A stretch of DNA of 62,092 nt, the filler included. It is 7 parts of 7 records of this genome, joined end to end, with 100 filler letters (N's around TTAATTAATTAA, not from the genome) between each part and the next. Parts side by side here need not be neighbours in the genome. Positions count along the whole stretch, not along the records: positions 37,673 to 42,849 come from SRR31156797_31844; positions 42,950 to 48,529 come from SRR31156797_31851; positions 48,630 to 55,732 come from SRR31156797_31861; 4 more parts are not named here. One strand, given 5' to 3'. Shown one piece after another: positions 42,422 to 52,324 of this stretch. Below the pieces are notes generated by a model, which was not told the origin of the DNA, ran no database searches, and saw only the letters and a list, made by a program, of their open reading frames with translations. The translations under genes were made by a program, and so were the position numbers. How positions within the stretch are numbered: the first letter of the stretch is position 1; each line of letters starts with the position of its first letter.

Positions 42422-42455
42422 GACGCTCCCCCTTTAAAATTGTCATCGTGAACAG

Positions 42456-42487
42456 AACATAATATGCTTGATTTAAATAGTCAAGCA
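42456..42487 (-). promoter_or_regulatory. Sigma70-type promoter overlapped by a palindromic operator
   Basis: TTGACT-17 bp-TATGTT on the minus strand; TGCTTGA-N9-TCAAGCA at 42465-42487. Confidence 0.7.
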
Positions 42488-42675
42488 CTGATTTTTATAT
42501 TTTTTACTTGATTAACAATTTAAGGTGTGGATTATTGGTGCGAAGTGGGATGCTGATAGAGTGAACCACCGGTAAGCATTGAATATATTGACAAAATAAT
42601 ATGTTAGAGTCTATCCTACTCAAGACTCCCACTCTCAATTTCCCACGCATATGCACAATCAGGAGCGCCGAGCGC

Positions 42676-42849
42676 ATGAACAAAATCCAACTCATTCAAA
42701 CCTTAAAAGACGCAAACGGTCTATCCAAGCCAAAAGCTGAATCCATCGTGAACCTGTTTTTCAATGAAATGGCCGAGGCGCTGGCAAATGGGGACCGAGT
42801 TGAAATCCGGGGATTCTGTTCATTTTTCGTCAAGGAATACGATGGATAC
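42676..42849 (+). CDS. IHF/HU-family DNA-binding protein (IHF beta-like), truncated
   Basis: MNKIQLIQ...GDRVEIRGFCSF; AGGAG upstream. Confidence 0.9.
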
Positions 42850-42949
42850 NNNNNNNNNNNNNNNNNNNNNNNNNNNNNNNNNNNNNNNNNNNNTTAATTA
42901 ATTAANNNNNNNNNNNNNNNNNNNNNNNNNNNNNNNNNNNNNNNNNNNN
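42850..42949. other. Artificial contig spacer
   Basis: N-run with TTAATTAATTAA. Confidence 0.98.
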
Positions 42950-42974
42950 TGAGCACTGAGCACTGAGCACTGAG
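42950..42974. repeat. Heptamer tandem repeat (TGAGCAC)n at contig end
   Basis: TGAGCAC three times plus TGAG. Confidence 0.85.
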
Positions 42975-43002
42975 AATTTAAAATAAATCATTAAAATATA
43001 AA

Positions 43003-43026
43003 AGGCGAACACAGGTTCGCCTCTAC
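43003..43026 (-). repeat. GTAG-type REP-like palindrome
   Basis: GTAG-AGGCGAAC-ctgt-GTTCGCCT downstream of glgC, next to a 14-bp tandem duplication. Confidence 0.7.
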
Positions 43027-43054
43027 TTTTTACTTTTGCCTTTTTACTTTTGCC

Positions 43055-44290
43055 TTAGATAACGGTATTATCCGGTATACTCACATCTTTCTTTACCACA
43101 ACAATGCCGTCACGAATACAATAGGCTTCATCTTCATGGTTTTCCAGATTATCTTTATTGATGATCTGAACATTGTCACCGATACGTGCATTTTTATCAA
43201 CAATGGCATTTTTGATCAGACAGTTTTTACCAATACCCAGTGGGATCTTTCCTTTATGGTCGGTTTCGAAAAAATCATTACCCATGATATATGAATCGAA
43301 GATCTCTGTATTTTCCCGGACAACAGAACGAATTCCAAGAACAGAATTCTCTATGGTTTTGGCATGTATCAGCGCTCCATCATTGATCAATGAGTGCTTG
43401 ATACCGGCATCGGAAATTCGTGAACCCGGCAACATACGGGCATGAGTATAGATCGGGAAATTTACATCAACAAAACGGAAATCCGGATCCATAGCAGAAA
43501 GATTGATATTGGCATCATAAAAAGATTTGATCGTACCGATATCTTCCCAGTAGCCATCAAAGAAATATGCTTGAACGTTATGTGTTTTGATCGAACCGGG
43601 AATAATATCCCCTCCAAAATCATCTTTTGGAATATCAGTCAATGAATTACGCAAGGTATCACGATTGAAAACATAAATACCCATTGAGCCCCAATATGGA
43701 CGATCAGGATCACCGGTCGGACTTTTCATTTTTTCCAATTCTTCATCGCTTTTCGGTTTTTCGGCAAAATCAATGATCCGTCCATCTTCATTAACTTTTA
43801 AAATACCAAAGCCCATTGCTTCTTCTTTTGTAACAGGTTTTACAGAAATGGTAATATCGGCTTCTTTTTTACGATGATGCTGAACAAAATCCGCATAATT
43901 CATCCTGTAAAGGTGATCACCGGCAAGTATAAGATATTGATCGAAAGAATAGTTCTCAAAATGTCCGATATTATGGCGTACCGCATCGGCCGTACCCTGA
44001 TACCAATCCATATTTTCAATGGTTTGTGATGCAGCAAGCACTTCAAGGAACCCTTCTGTGAAGTTATCAAATTTATAGGTTTGGTTGATATGCCGGTGTA
44101 GGGATTCCGAATTGAATTGTGTTAAAATATAAATTTTTCTGATATTCGAGTTCAAGCAGTTGGAAATGGGAATATCGATCAAACGATATTTTCCACCAAT
44201 AGGAACTGCGGGTTTTGAGCGTACGGTCGTAAGTGGTGCAAGCCGAGTCCCGCGGCCTCCACCAAGAATGACACTTAATACTTTGCGCAT
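43055..44290 (-). CDS. glgC: Glucose-1-phosphate adenylyltransferase
   Basis: GGGRGTRLAPLT..RSKPAVP, WYQGTADA, FAEKP, DFG and YWEDIGT motifs. Confidence 0.98.
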   Translation of the reverse strand: MRKVLSVILGGGRGTRLAPLTTVRSKPAVPIGGKYRLIDIPISNCLNSNIRKIYILTQFNSESLHRHINQTYKFDNFTEGFLEVLAASQTIENMDWYQGTADAVRHNIGHFENYSFDQYLILAGDHLYRMNYADFVQHHRKKEADITISVKPVTKEEAMGFGILKVNEDGRIIDFAEKPKSDEELEKMKSPTGDPDRPYWGSMGIYVFNRDTLRNSLTDIPKDDFGGDIIPGSIKTHNVQAYFFDGYWEDIGTIKSFYDANINLSAMDPDFRFVDVNFPIYTHARMLPGSRISDAGIKHSLINDGALIHAKTIENSVLGIRSVVRENTEIFDSYIMGNDFFETDHKGKIPLGIGKNCLIKNAIVDKNARIGDNVQIINKDNLENHEDEAYCIRDGIVVVKKDVSIPDNTVI

Positions 44291-44316
44291 AAGCACCCCT
44301 GTGATTTAGTATAATC

Positions 44317-44991
44317 TTATTTTAACGAATCAGGTTCAACGATCAATGAATCATTCCCTGAAAGTGTATTGATACGATAATTTGAAAAACTCAGGTCAAT
44401 ATACCCAAAAGATGATCCCATCGGCATATTGCCTCGTGGGTTCGGTACGACTTTTTTCTTGGTTTCCTTACTTTCGATCATCACCCTGATCTCAGCCGGC
44501 ATGAATAAACCGGGTTTGATCTCTTCTTGTGTAAAATTTATATCTGCGACCATTTCAGGTTTATCGATCATTTTCATCTGGGCAAGCACCCAATCAATGG
44601 TATCGATCTGGGCGAGAAATACAACATCTTTGCCTTCCATTGGTTTTACAACCTCAACAAAAGCAACATTATCTTTATTTTCCTTAAGTTCAAGGGTGCG
44701 TAAAGATGTTGCATCTTTGACCAATCTTTCCAAGTCCATCAGAAAGATCTCAGGCGGGATCATTAAAGGAGTGTTGTCCTCAGTAAAAAGGGAGTCAGGG
44801 CGAATGAAATGAACAACCGTTTCCCTATCCGGAAGAGTTGCTTCCGGCATTCTTGAGCGAATCCGGACATCAACGATCATATCATTAACTTGTTTGAAAT
44901 TCTGATTTGTCCTACGAATATAATAATTCGGATCTACAGCTAACACAAGCATGATCAAACATAAACTTAATATCGTTACCTTCTTCAACAT
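44317..44991 (-). CDS. Exported hypothetical protein (possibly LolA-like fold)
   Basis: Signal peptide, beta-rich, C-terminal FSNYRIN. Confidence 0.6.
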   Translation of the reverse strand: MLKKVTILSLCLIMLVLAVDPNYYIRRTNQNFKQVNDMIVDVRIRSRMPEATLPDRETVVHFIRPDSLFTEDNTPLMIPPEIFLMDLERLVKDATSLRTLELKENKDNVAFVEVVKPMEGKDVVFLAQIDTIDWVLAQMKMIDKPEMVADINFTQEEIKPGLFMPAEIRVMIESKETKKKVVPNPRGNMPMGSSFGYIDLSFSNYRINTLSGNDSLIVEPDSLK

Positions 44992-45461
44992 GTACACTTC
45001 TCCTCTTCCTGGTCAATGGGATGAACCGTCCAATCCCTTTCCGGGATCCATTCCTCTACTTTTCCGTCAGGTTTCTCCAGTACAACACGTTTAATATTAG
45101 CATTGGAGATCTGTGCTTTACATTGGTAGCAGACAAACTCATGTCCATAGATATAGATCGTGGAATTATTTGTAGCATGTCCATTTCTGGCTGCTAATGC
45201 AATGGCATTGGACTCGGCATGTGATCCGACGGCCCGGCAACGTTCCAATTGTGTACCGGATATGATATTATGCTTATCTCTATAGCAAAAACCAATTTCA
45301 ATACAATTCTGTTGGTATTGCGGTGATCCATTATAGCCGGTTGAAACAATATCTTTATTATTTACGATCACGGCTCCAACCTGTCTTCTTAAACAGGAAG
45401 AACGCGTCGCAACCACTTTCGCAATATTTAAAAAATACTCATCCCAACCAGGTCGTTCCAT
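44985..45461 (-). CDS. dCMP deaminase/ComEB-family protein
   Basis: RSSCLRRQVGA, TGYNG, HAE and CYQC motifs. Confidence 0.92.
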   Translation of the reverse strand: MERPGWDEYFLNIAKVVATRSSCLRRQVGAVIVNNKDIVSTGYNGSPQYQQNCIEIGFCYRDKHNIISGTQLERCRAVGSHAESNAIALAARNGHATNNSTIYIYGHEFVCYQCKAQISNANIKRVVLEKPDGKVEEWIPERDWTVHPIDQEEEKCTC

Positions 45462-45475
45462 ATATAAATTCCACC

Positions 45476-46363
45476 TTAAAATTCAATTACGTCAAGATCA
45501 TGTGAAATATGCGCATTTTTATATGTTTTTTCAACTGCTTTCTGATATAAGTTCAGGTCCTTGTAACGCTCAGAAAAGTGTGTAAGGATCAATTTATTTA
45601 CCTTATTCTCTTTTGCATATTCCCCGGCTTTCTCACCGGTCATGTGCATAAATTCCTCCGCTAAATGGTCTTCACTTTCAAGATATGTGCCTTCCATCAA
45701 CACAGCAGTTGCATTTTTCATCAGTTTGTTAATGTTATCACAAACACCGGTATCAAGGATATAGGAAAAGACTTTTTCTTCAGTCAAATAGCTTAATTCC
45801 TCACGACTCAGTATCTTTCCCCTATGCTCTATTTCACCCATTCGTTCCAATTCACCCAGGATGGGGCCACCTAATTCGAGTTCATCCAATAAATCTTTTC
45901 TGAAGCGCATTTTCGACTTCTCGATCAATCGATAGCCCAATGTAGGTGTGCTATGCAATAGTTCGTAGGCTTCTATCCGGTAAGCGTCAGTTTCTTCTAC
46001 AAGCCCTTCTTCCAGAGGATGAAAGTGAAACTCAATTCTACGAGTATATTTCGAACTATTCATCATTGCATTAAGAAAATCTTGTCCGGCTTTTGGATAA
46101 TAAACATGAACTTTATGGTCCACTTGCATCAAATTTAATCGCTGAAGCATACCGGGCAAACCCAAGCAATGATCTCCGTGAAAATGAGAAATAAATATTC
46201 TATGAACTTTCCAGGGAGATATGCCGGCATGTGTAAACTGGCGTTGTGTCCCCTCACCCGGATCAAAAAGAATATTACCATAAGGCCATTCCAAAAAATA
46301 AGCATTTTGGTTTCTACTTCGGGTGGGAAGTTGTCCGGCTGTACCGAGTACCGTTAATTTCAT
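45476..46363 (-). CDS. rnz: Ribonuclease Z
   Basis: DPGEGTQRQ, SHFHGDH and LTHFSERY motifs. Confidence 0.95.
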   Translation of the reverse strand: MKLTVLGTAGQLPTRSRNQNAYFLEWPYGNILFDPGEGTQRQFTHAGISPWKVHRIFISHFHGDHCLGLPGMLQRLNLMQVDHKVHVYYPKAGQDFLNAMMNSSKYTRRIEFHFHPLEEGLVEETDAYRIEAYELLHSTPTLGYRLIEKSKMRFRKDLLDELELGGPILGELERMGEIEHRGKILSREELSYLTEEKVFSYILDTGVCDNINKLMKNATAVLMEGTYLESEDHLAEEFMHMTGEKAGEYAKENKVNKLILTHFSERYKDLNLYQKAVEKTYKNAHISHDLDVIEF

Positions 46364-46381
46364 CTTCTTATTCCGAATAAT

Positions 46382-46408
46382 GTAGAGACGCGATGCATCG
46401 CATCTGTA
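46382..46408 (+). repeat. GTAG-type REP-like palindrome
   Basis: GTAGAGACGCGATGCATCGCATCTGTA imperfect hairpin between ptb and rnz. Confidence 0.7.
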
Positions 46409-46441
46409 TAACTATCTTCATTTCTTATTATCATTTCCTGA

Positions 46442-47314
46442 TTATTCAACTAATGACAACACGATCGAATTAAGTTTCTCACTCGGCCTATCCGATCGTG
46501 AGAGCAAGATCAAGGGAACCTGTGCTCCCATGACCAAACCACCAACAGGTGCTTTTTGTAGTTCTATCATAGATTTAAGCATGTAATTGCCGACTGTAAT
46601 TTCATGAAATACAATTATATCCACATCGCCTGAAATAGTTGATTTTATGCCTTTCTTTTTTGCGGCATCGGCATTTAAAATTACATCCAAAGCCATGGGA
46701 CCTTCAGCTTCATATCCTTTTGCGGTATATTCCTCTGCCAGTTGTCTGGCATCCAAGGTTTCTTGCATTTTGGGATTAAGTTTTTCTACAACGGCCGCAA
46801 AGGCGATCTTTGGTTTTCTTTTAAGGACTTTTTCTGCTAATTCAATGGCATTATCTGTAATTGCCCTCTTTTTTTCAAGATCCGGTACAATATTGATCGC
46901 CCCATCGGTTAAAAAGAGCAATTTATGATAACCGGGGCTGTCACCAACGGCAATATGGGATAGAACACCGCCCTTTCTCAGACCTTTTTCTCTATCTAAA
47001 ATCGGACTTAGATATGCTGCCGTTGAGATATCGCCTTTCATCAAAGCATCACCCTTTCCTTCACGTACATCGGCAATAGCTGCCCAAATAGCTTCTTCAG
47101 ATGATGCAGCTTCGATATAAACTGCTTCTTTCAAACCGCTTTCCTTAGCCAATTTTTTCATATTCTCAGTGATCCCATATAATCTGGGAATGATATATCG
47201 CTTATTTCCGGCTTCTGCGAGCGCTTCAAAGATCGAAGGTGAATTCGGAAACACAACATTGACCGATTTCGGATCCTTAACATTGATTCTTTCGTAGATG
47301 TCTTTGTAATGCAT
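46442..47314 (-). CDS. ptb: Phosphate butyryltransferase-like acyltransferase
   Basis: LMKG, TDGAINI.P, EGPMALD and SRSD motifs; adjacent to buk. Confidence 0.9.
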   Translation of the reverse strand: MHYKDIYERINVKDPKSVNVVFPNSPSIFEALAEAGNKRYIIPRLYGITENMKKLAKESGLKEAVYIEAASSEEAIWAAIADVREGKGDALMKGDISTAAYLSPILDREKGLRKGGVLSHIAVGDSPGYHKLLFLTDGAINIVPDLEKKRAITDNAIELAEKVLKRKPKIAFAAVVEKLNPKMQETLDARQLAEEYTAKGYEAEGPMALDVILNADAAKKKGIKSTISGDVDIIVFHEITVGNYMLKSMIELQKAPVGGLVMGAQVPLILLSRSDRPSEKLNSIVLSLVE

Positions 47315-47322
47315 TCAATACC

Positions 47323-48390
47323 TCACATTTTATCATAATCGTATATTTTCATTTCGCCGTCGATCAGTCTAAACCCACCATCTGCCATCGCTCCCAGTTC
47401 ATTTTCACCGGGATAGATAATAATAGAGAATTGTTTACCTAGATGTGTAAGGAATTCTTCTTTCACATAGTGGGAATACGCAATGCCACCTGTCAAAATA
47501 AGGGCGCAAACATCAAAGTTCAAAACCGCTGCCATCGCTCCGATCTCCTTTGCGGTTTGATAGATCATGGCATCCAATATCTTCTTGGCAAATTTATCAC
47601 CCTTATTTATCCTCTCCTCTATCTCCCTGACATCATTGGTTCCAAGATAGCCTTTCAACCCGCTCTCGCGTGATAAAAGTCTTTTGATCGATTTTTCATC
47701 ATAACCTTTTTTGAAGATCAGGTCAAGAATACCTCCGAGCGGTGTTGCACCTGCCCGTTCAGGTGAAAATGGCCCCATGCCCAATAATGCATTGTTTACA
47801 TCAATATTTTTGCCTTTTTCCATAGCACATACAGAGATACCGCCACCCATATGTACAACAATGAAATTTCTATGATTGATGTCCCAATTATTACGATCAC
47901 ATACCCTGCGTGTTGTTGCTTTAATATTCAAAGCATGTGAAATACTTTTTCTTTCTATTCCAGGAACTCCTGAAATACGTGCAAGATCGATCATTTCATC
48001 CACAACAACCGGATCGATGATATAGGCAGGACAATTGAACATCCTACCGAAATAATCAGCAAGTGGAGCACCAAGATTGGAAGCATGGTTACCATATTTT
48101 GTAGTCCGGAGATCCTCTAACATGCTTTCGCATATTTTTAAAGCACCGCTTTTACAAGGCCTTAGCAATCCACCTCTGCCGATCACCATGTCTATCTTTG
48201 TAATACCGTGCTTTTCAAGCTCATCTTTAATTTGTTCTTTACGAAAAGGAAATTCATCATAGACATTTCCCTTTGAAACCTTACTTTCCTCCAGTGAGAC
48301 TTTTAACTCAAATTCTACTTCCTTCCGGGTAAACACAGCCATCTTGGTGGAAGTGGAACCGGGATTGATCGCAAGAACGCGTTCAGACAT
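47323..48390 (-). CDS. buk: Butyrate kinase
   Basis: INPGSTSTK, GRGGLL, HASNLG, HMGGGIS and PFSPERAG motifs. Confidence 0.97.
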   Translation of the reverse strand: MSERVLAINPGSTSTKMAVFTRKEVEFELKVSLEESKVSKGNVYDEFPFRKEQIKDELEKHGITKIDMVIGRGGLLRPCKSGALKICESMLEDLRTTKYGNHASNLGAPLADYFGRMFNCPAYIIDPVVVDEMIDLARISGVPGIERKSISHALNIKATTRRVCDRNNWDINHRNFIVVHMGGGISVCAMEKGKNIDVNNALLGMGPFSPERAGATPLGGILDLIFKKGYDEKSIKRLLSRESGLKGYLGTNDVREIEERINKGDKFAKKILDAMIYQTAKEIGAMAAVLNFDVCALILTGGIAYSHYVKEEFLTHLGKQFSIIIYPGENELGAMADGGFRLIDGEMKIYDYDKM

Positions 48391-48492
48391 TTAGACTCCT
48401 CAATGTGTTTAGTAAAACGTTACACGGAAGATACATATTTTTTGTTTGATTATCAAAATTTTTTCTTATATTGGCAGGCAATTTGATGAATT

Positions 48493-48529
48493 GGGGAATT
48501 AGCTCAGCTGGGAGAGCGCTTGAATGGCA
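48493..48529 (+). tRNA. tRNA-Ala(GGC), 5' half, truncated by spacer
   Basis: GGGGAAT-TA-GCTC-AGCTGGGA-GAGC-G-CTTGA-AT-GGC-A. Confidence 0.88.
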
Positions 48530-48629
48530 NNNNNNNNNNNNNNNNNNNNNNNNNNNNNNNNNNNNNNNNNNNNTTAATTAATTAANNNNNNNNNNNNNNN
48601 NNNNNNNNNNNNNNNNNNNNNNNNNNNNN
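48530..48629. other. Artificial contig spacer
   Basis: N-run with TTAATTAATTAA. Confidence 0.98.
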
Positions 48630-48792
48630 ACTTCTCCTGTTTGGACTTTTTGCTGAGAATCCTCAAAAAGCATTCAACAGGAAAGAACTGTAGAACCTGC
48701 GCGATAACAGTACAACGACATCATACACGCTTATCCTGGCTTTATATCCTTATATCCTTTGGACGGATTAGGTTCTCCATAAGGCAATTGCG

Positions 48793-48832
48793 AAAAAGAA
48801 ACCGCCACTCCGAAGTGTCACAGAGTGGCGGT
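48793..48832 (-). terminator. Intrinsic terminator after flgM
   Basis: ACCGCCACTC...GAGTGGCGGT stem followed by TTCTTTTT on the minus strand. Confidence 0.75.
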
Positions 48833-48865
48833 GAAAAGGTGGTTAAAATACGATGGTGCCCTGTA

Positions 48866-49162
48866 CTACTCCAGCATCATTTCCTGCAGAATCCGTCCGG
48901 CCGTTGTAGATATCTTCTCAGGTGTTTCATACGTATTGGCTTCAACTTCCGCCCTGATTCGTTGAATCATGTCCATTCGAATGTCGGGAAGGTCTTTCAC
49001 TTTCCCGAGCATTTCCCCGATGTTCGACAACTCAACCGTATCTTCCCTGTTCCGGGATCCGGTTGTCGAATCAGGAGAATGTTCCACGTGGCGGGGTTGA
49101 TCCAGTTGCTTGAAATCCTGGACCGACTGACAGATTTTTCCGACATTGCCAATGTCGCTCAT
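48866..49162 (-). CDS. flgM: Flagellar anti-sigma-28 factor FlgM
   Basis: DTVELS and PDIRMDMIQRIRAEVEANTY; AAGGAG before ATG at 49162. Confidence 0.85.
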   Translation of the reverse strand: MSDIGNVGKICQSVQDFKQLDQPRHVEHSPDSTTGSRNREDTVELSNIGEMLGKVKDLPDIRMDMIQRIRAEVEANTYETPEKISTTAGRILQEMMLE

Positions 49163-49909
49163 TCGCTTCTCCTTCGTCCGACTGGCATGGAAAACAACGT
49201 AAACGCCAGGTCGAAAAATCGGTACTTGATTGCCCCGGCGCGCACTGCACCACCAGGGAACTGACCGCGTCATCTTCCGTGATTCTTCGGTTGTGAAAAA
49301 CCCAGTATGCTCGTTTGCTCTTACCCCTGGCCTTCTCTGCTTCCCAGTCCATTGGCCGCAGAATCTCAAGGCCTGAGCAACGTTCCGCAATTATTATCGA
49401 CCGATTGATCCCCAATCTTGAATCAATTCTTTTCGACCATTTGTTTGTGGATCTTGAGTGACAAATTCATGCAAAATCTGCGTTTTTAGCCCAATAACAA
49501 TGATTATGTGGACGAAAATAGCGCAAAAAAGGACATGGGGAATATGGGTCCGATGGCATAATCGTGCCGACTGGTCAAGTTGGGAAGGACCGATAACTGC
49601 AATCCGGTGGAAAGACGGGTAAAGGGCGAGAGGCAGTGAAAGACCGTAGAAAATTTGAAAAAAATGAAAAAAAAGATCATCGCAGAATATGAGGTGAACA
49701 ACGCAGAATCACCAGCTTACCTGCCTGTTGCAGGTTACTCGTTTCATGTTGAACAAGGCAGTTTGGGTGAACTCAGGATCTGTATTAACGCGATGCAAAA
49801 TCACAGAAAACTGTTCGTAAAAAACGATTCAACAGGAAAATGGGAAAACGATTGTGAACAACACTGGTGCGATTGGCGGGAAAAAACGAAATAGGCTAGA
49901 GTTTCTCGC

Positions 49910-51508
49910 ATGAAAACAAAACTGACATGCGTTTTTTCTGTCAGCATGCTCCTGATGTTCAGTGGCTGCTCCCCTGATGCCACGCCGACTGTCCAGCTTG
50001 CATCACATGTAGAAAAACCGAAACGCGCAGTCGTTCTGATTACTGCCGACGGCGTGAACCGGAGTGTGATGGACGATCTTCTGGCAGAAGGGAAACTGCC
50101 TAATCTTCGGTGGATGATTGATCGAGGAGTTCAGGTAGAGAACGCCGTTTCTGGTTACCCGTCCATTACGTATGCTCAACTGACATCAATCGTCACAGGC
50201 TGTTATCCGGGAACCCACGGGATTACGGGAAATAAATGGTTTGATCGACAGACACTTACGTATCGAAACTATACGACCGCAGCCACGTATCGGTTGGTAG
50301 ATGGTGATTTACAGGTCGACACATTGTTTCAATGGCTTCCGGATGAGTTCACCGTCAACATCCAGTGTCCCGTACGAAAGGGCGCAGACCGGGTCGTGGA
50401 CAACTGGATGACAAGCGGCATTCTCTGGTTCTTTGGATCCTGGCATACCGTCGACAGATTGATGCCTCTGCGATTCGAATTAATCGCAGAACTGGCAAAT
50501 GAACTTGGGCGATGGCCAACGCTTGTTCATGCCTATCTTCCAGCAACGGATGAAGTTGGGCACCAGTATGGTGCAGATTCAAAACAATACCGTGAATGTC
50601 TCTGCAATGTGGACACGCAGGTGGGCAGAATCCGCTCCGCCCTGGAGTCCGCAGACATGCTGGATCGCACGTACTTGATTTTCGTCAGCGATCATGGGCA
50701 TGCTCCTGTTCCGAAGTCAAAAGTTCTGAATCTGCCAGGGTTTCTCCGCGAAAAAGGGTACCGGGTTGTTGATTATGCGATCGAAAACACGTTCATTGAA
50801 GACAGGGCAGATCGCCTGAAACATGCCGATACGGTTCTGATTGTAGGAGGGGATCGCAGGGCATCGATTTCCTTCCGGGGGGTGGATCGTTGGGATCAGA
50901 AAGCAGATCCAAGTCTGACCAACCGAATTCTCGGTGTTCAGAGTGATTCTGTATTCAGGCACCCGGCAATTTCACTTGTTGTTACAAGAGGTGAAGGAAA
51001 AATAGGAGAGTCTGTCGTGCTTCTTCACGGTGCACATGGGGTTTCCCGAGTTATCAGAAAAACAGAAAACGGGAAAAAACTGTACCGTTATGCGCCAGGA
51101 GAGTCCGACGCACTTGGGGATTGGGCCGATTCGGACTTGCAGGCGTTCATCGATCAGGGATGGCACAGCAGTCAGGAGTGGCTTCAGGCAACGGTGTCGA
51201 CAGACTTCCCGGACATTATCGTCCAGAGTCTGGAGTTGTTTGACTCACAACGGGCAGGGGATGTGATACTGTTTGCGGCGGAAGACTGGGATTTCAAAAC
51301 CAATGGTGCGGGAGGCCATGGAAGTATTCATGCGATTGACATGATTGTTCCAATGATTTTCTCTGGTCCGGGGATTAAGGCCGGAGGAAGACTTCATGCA
51401 GCTCGACTTGTGGATGTCGCGCCGACGATCATGGAGTTTCTGGGCAGACCTTCACCCCTGGTTGATGGAGTCTCCCGTGCGGGCGACCTTCAGGATAAGC
51501 CTGAGTGA
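49910..51508 (+). CDS. Alkaline phosphatase superfamily (NPP-type) lipoprotein
   Basis: Lipobox FSGC; ADG, PSIT nucleophile, DEVGH, SDHG and GGHGS motifs. Confidence 0.9.
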   Translation: MKTKLTCVFSVSMLLMFSGCSPDATPTVQLASHVEKPKRAVVLITADGVNRSVMDDLLAEGKLPNLRWMIDRGVQVENAVSGYPSITYAQLTSIVTGCYPGTHGITGNKWFDRQTLTYRNYTTAATYRLVDGDLQVDTLFQWLPDEFTVNIQCPVRKGADRVVDNWMTSGILWFFGSWHTVDRLMPLRFELIAELANELGRWPTLVHAYLPATDEVGHQYGADSKQYRECLCNVDTQVGRIRSALESADMLDRTYLIFVSDHGHAPVPKSKVLNLPGFLREKGYRVVDYAIENTFIEDRADRLKHADTVLIVGGDRRASISFRGVDRWDQKADPSLTNRILGVQSDSVFRHPAISLVVTRGEGKIGESVVLLHGAHGVSRVIRKTENGKKLYRYAPGESDALGDWADSDLQAFIDQGWHSSQEWLQATVSTDFPDIIVQSLELFDSQRAGDVILFAAEDWDFKTNGAGGHGSIHAIDMIVPMIFSGPGIKAGGRLHAARLVDVAPTIMEFLGRPSPLVDGVSRAGDLQDKPE

Positions 51509-51636
51509 TCCCCGCGTGCAGAAGTCGGTCTGACAATAACCAACCATGCAAATGCTGTTTCTGAATGTTCCCGGTTCTTTACCGTTTCGACATGCCCGGT
51601 ATCGGGTGTCGTACTGGCTCGGAATCCGCCTGTACC

Positions 51637-52227
51637 TTACTGGTTACTGGCAGCCGGCATCGGGGTATCAGCTGGCGCTGGTTTCGGGCTCTTTTCCGGC
51701 TTTCCCTGCTTGGGCGGTACAACCTTGCCGATCGGAGCGATGACCATGCCCATTCGACGCCCTTCTGTCTTCGGTGCTCGCTCGACCTTTGCGATCTCAG
51801 CGAACTCCCGCATGATTTCATCGAAAATATCGAATCCGATGTCCTTGTGGGCATTCTCACGCCCGCGGAACTGCAGGGTAAACTGGACCTTGTGGCCGGC
51901 ATCGAGGAACTTCTTGGCCTTTTTGATCTTGATCATCAGATCATGCGAATCCGTTTTCGGGCGGAGACGCACTTCCTTGATGACAATCTCGTGGCCGGTC
52001 TGTGCCTTGAGCTTCTTCTTCTGCTGATACTTAAACTTGCCGTAGTCCATGATGCGGCAGACGGGTGGACGTTCGGTGGGAGAGACTTCTACCAGGTCCA
52101 TACCTGCATCACGGGCCATCCGTTGTGCTTCAGCCGTTGGAACGATTCCCCTCTGATCATTGTTCTGGTCAATGAGCCTGACCGGGGAAATCCGAATCTG
52201 CTCATTCAAACGTAGTGCCTTAGCGAT
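51637..52227 (-). CDS. infC: Translation initiation factor IF-3, probable non-canonical ATC start
   Basis: NEQIR, DLVEV, PPVCRIMDYGKFKY and FRGRE; AGGTGA SD upstream of ATC at 52227; in-frame TGA three codons upstream. Confidence 0.95.
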   Translation of the reverse strand: MAKALRLNEQIRISPVRLIDQNNDQRGIVPTAEAQRMARDAGMDLVEVSPTERPPVCRIMDYGKFKYQQKKKLKAQTGHEIVIKEVRLRPKTDSHDLMIKIKKAKKFLDAGHKVQFTLQFRGRENAHKDIGFDIFDEIMREFAEIAKVERAPKTEGRRMGMVIAPIGKVVPPKQGKPEKSPKPAPADTPMPAASNQ

Positions 52228-52324
52228 GGTGAATCACCTATCCTTTCTTCTACGGGTAACGGAATCCTGAGTTTTCCTCCGGTCTGGCGACGCTGCGTCG
52301 TTTCGCCGGGTTCAGAAAACTCCA

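Noticed and set aside
49163-49909. Short ORFs between flgM and the phosphodiesterase
   Set aside because: No motifs or convincing RBS; more likely divergent promoter DNA.
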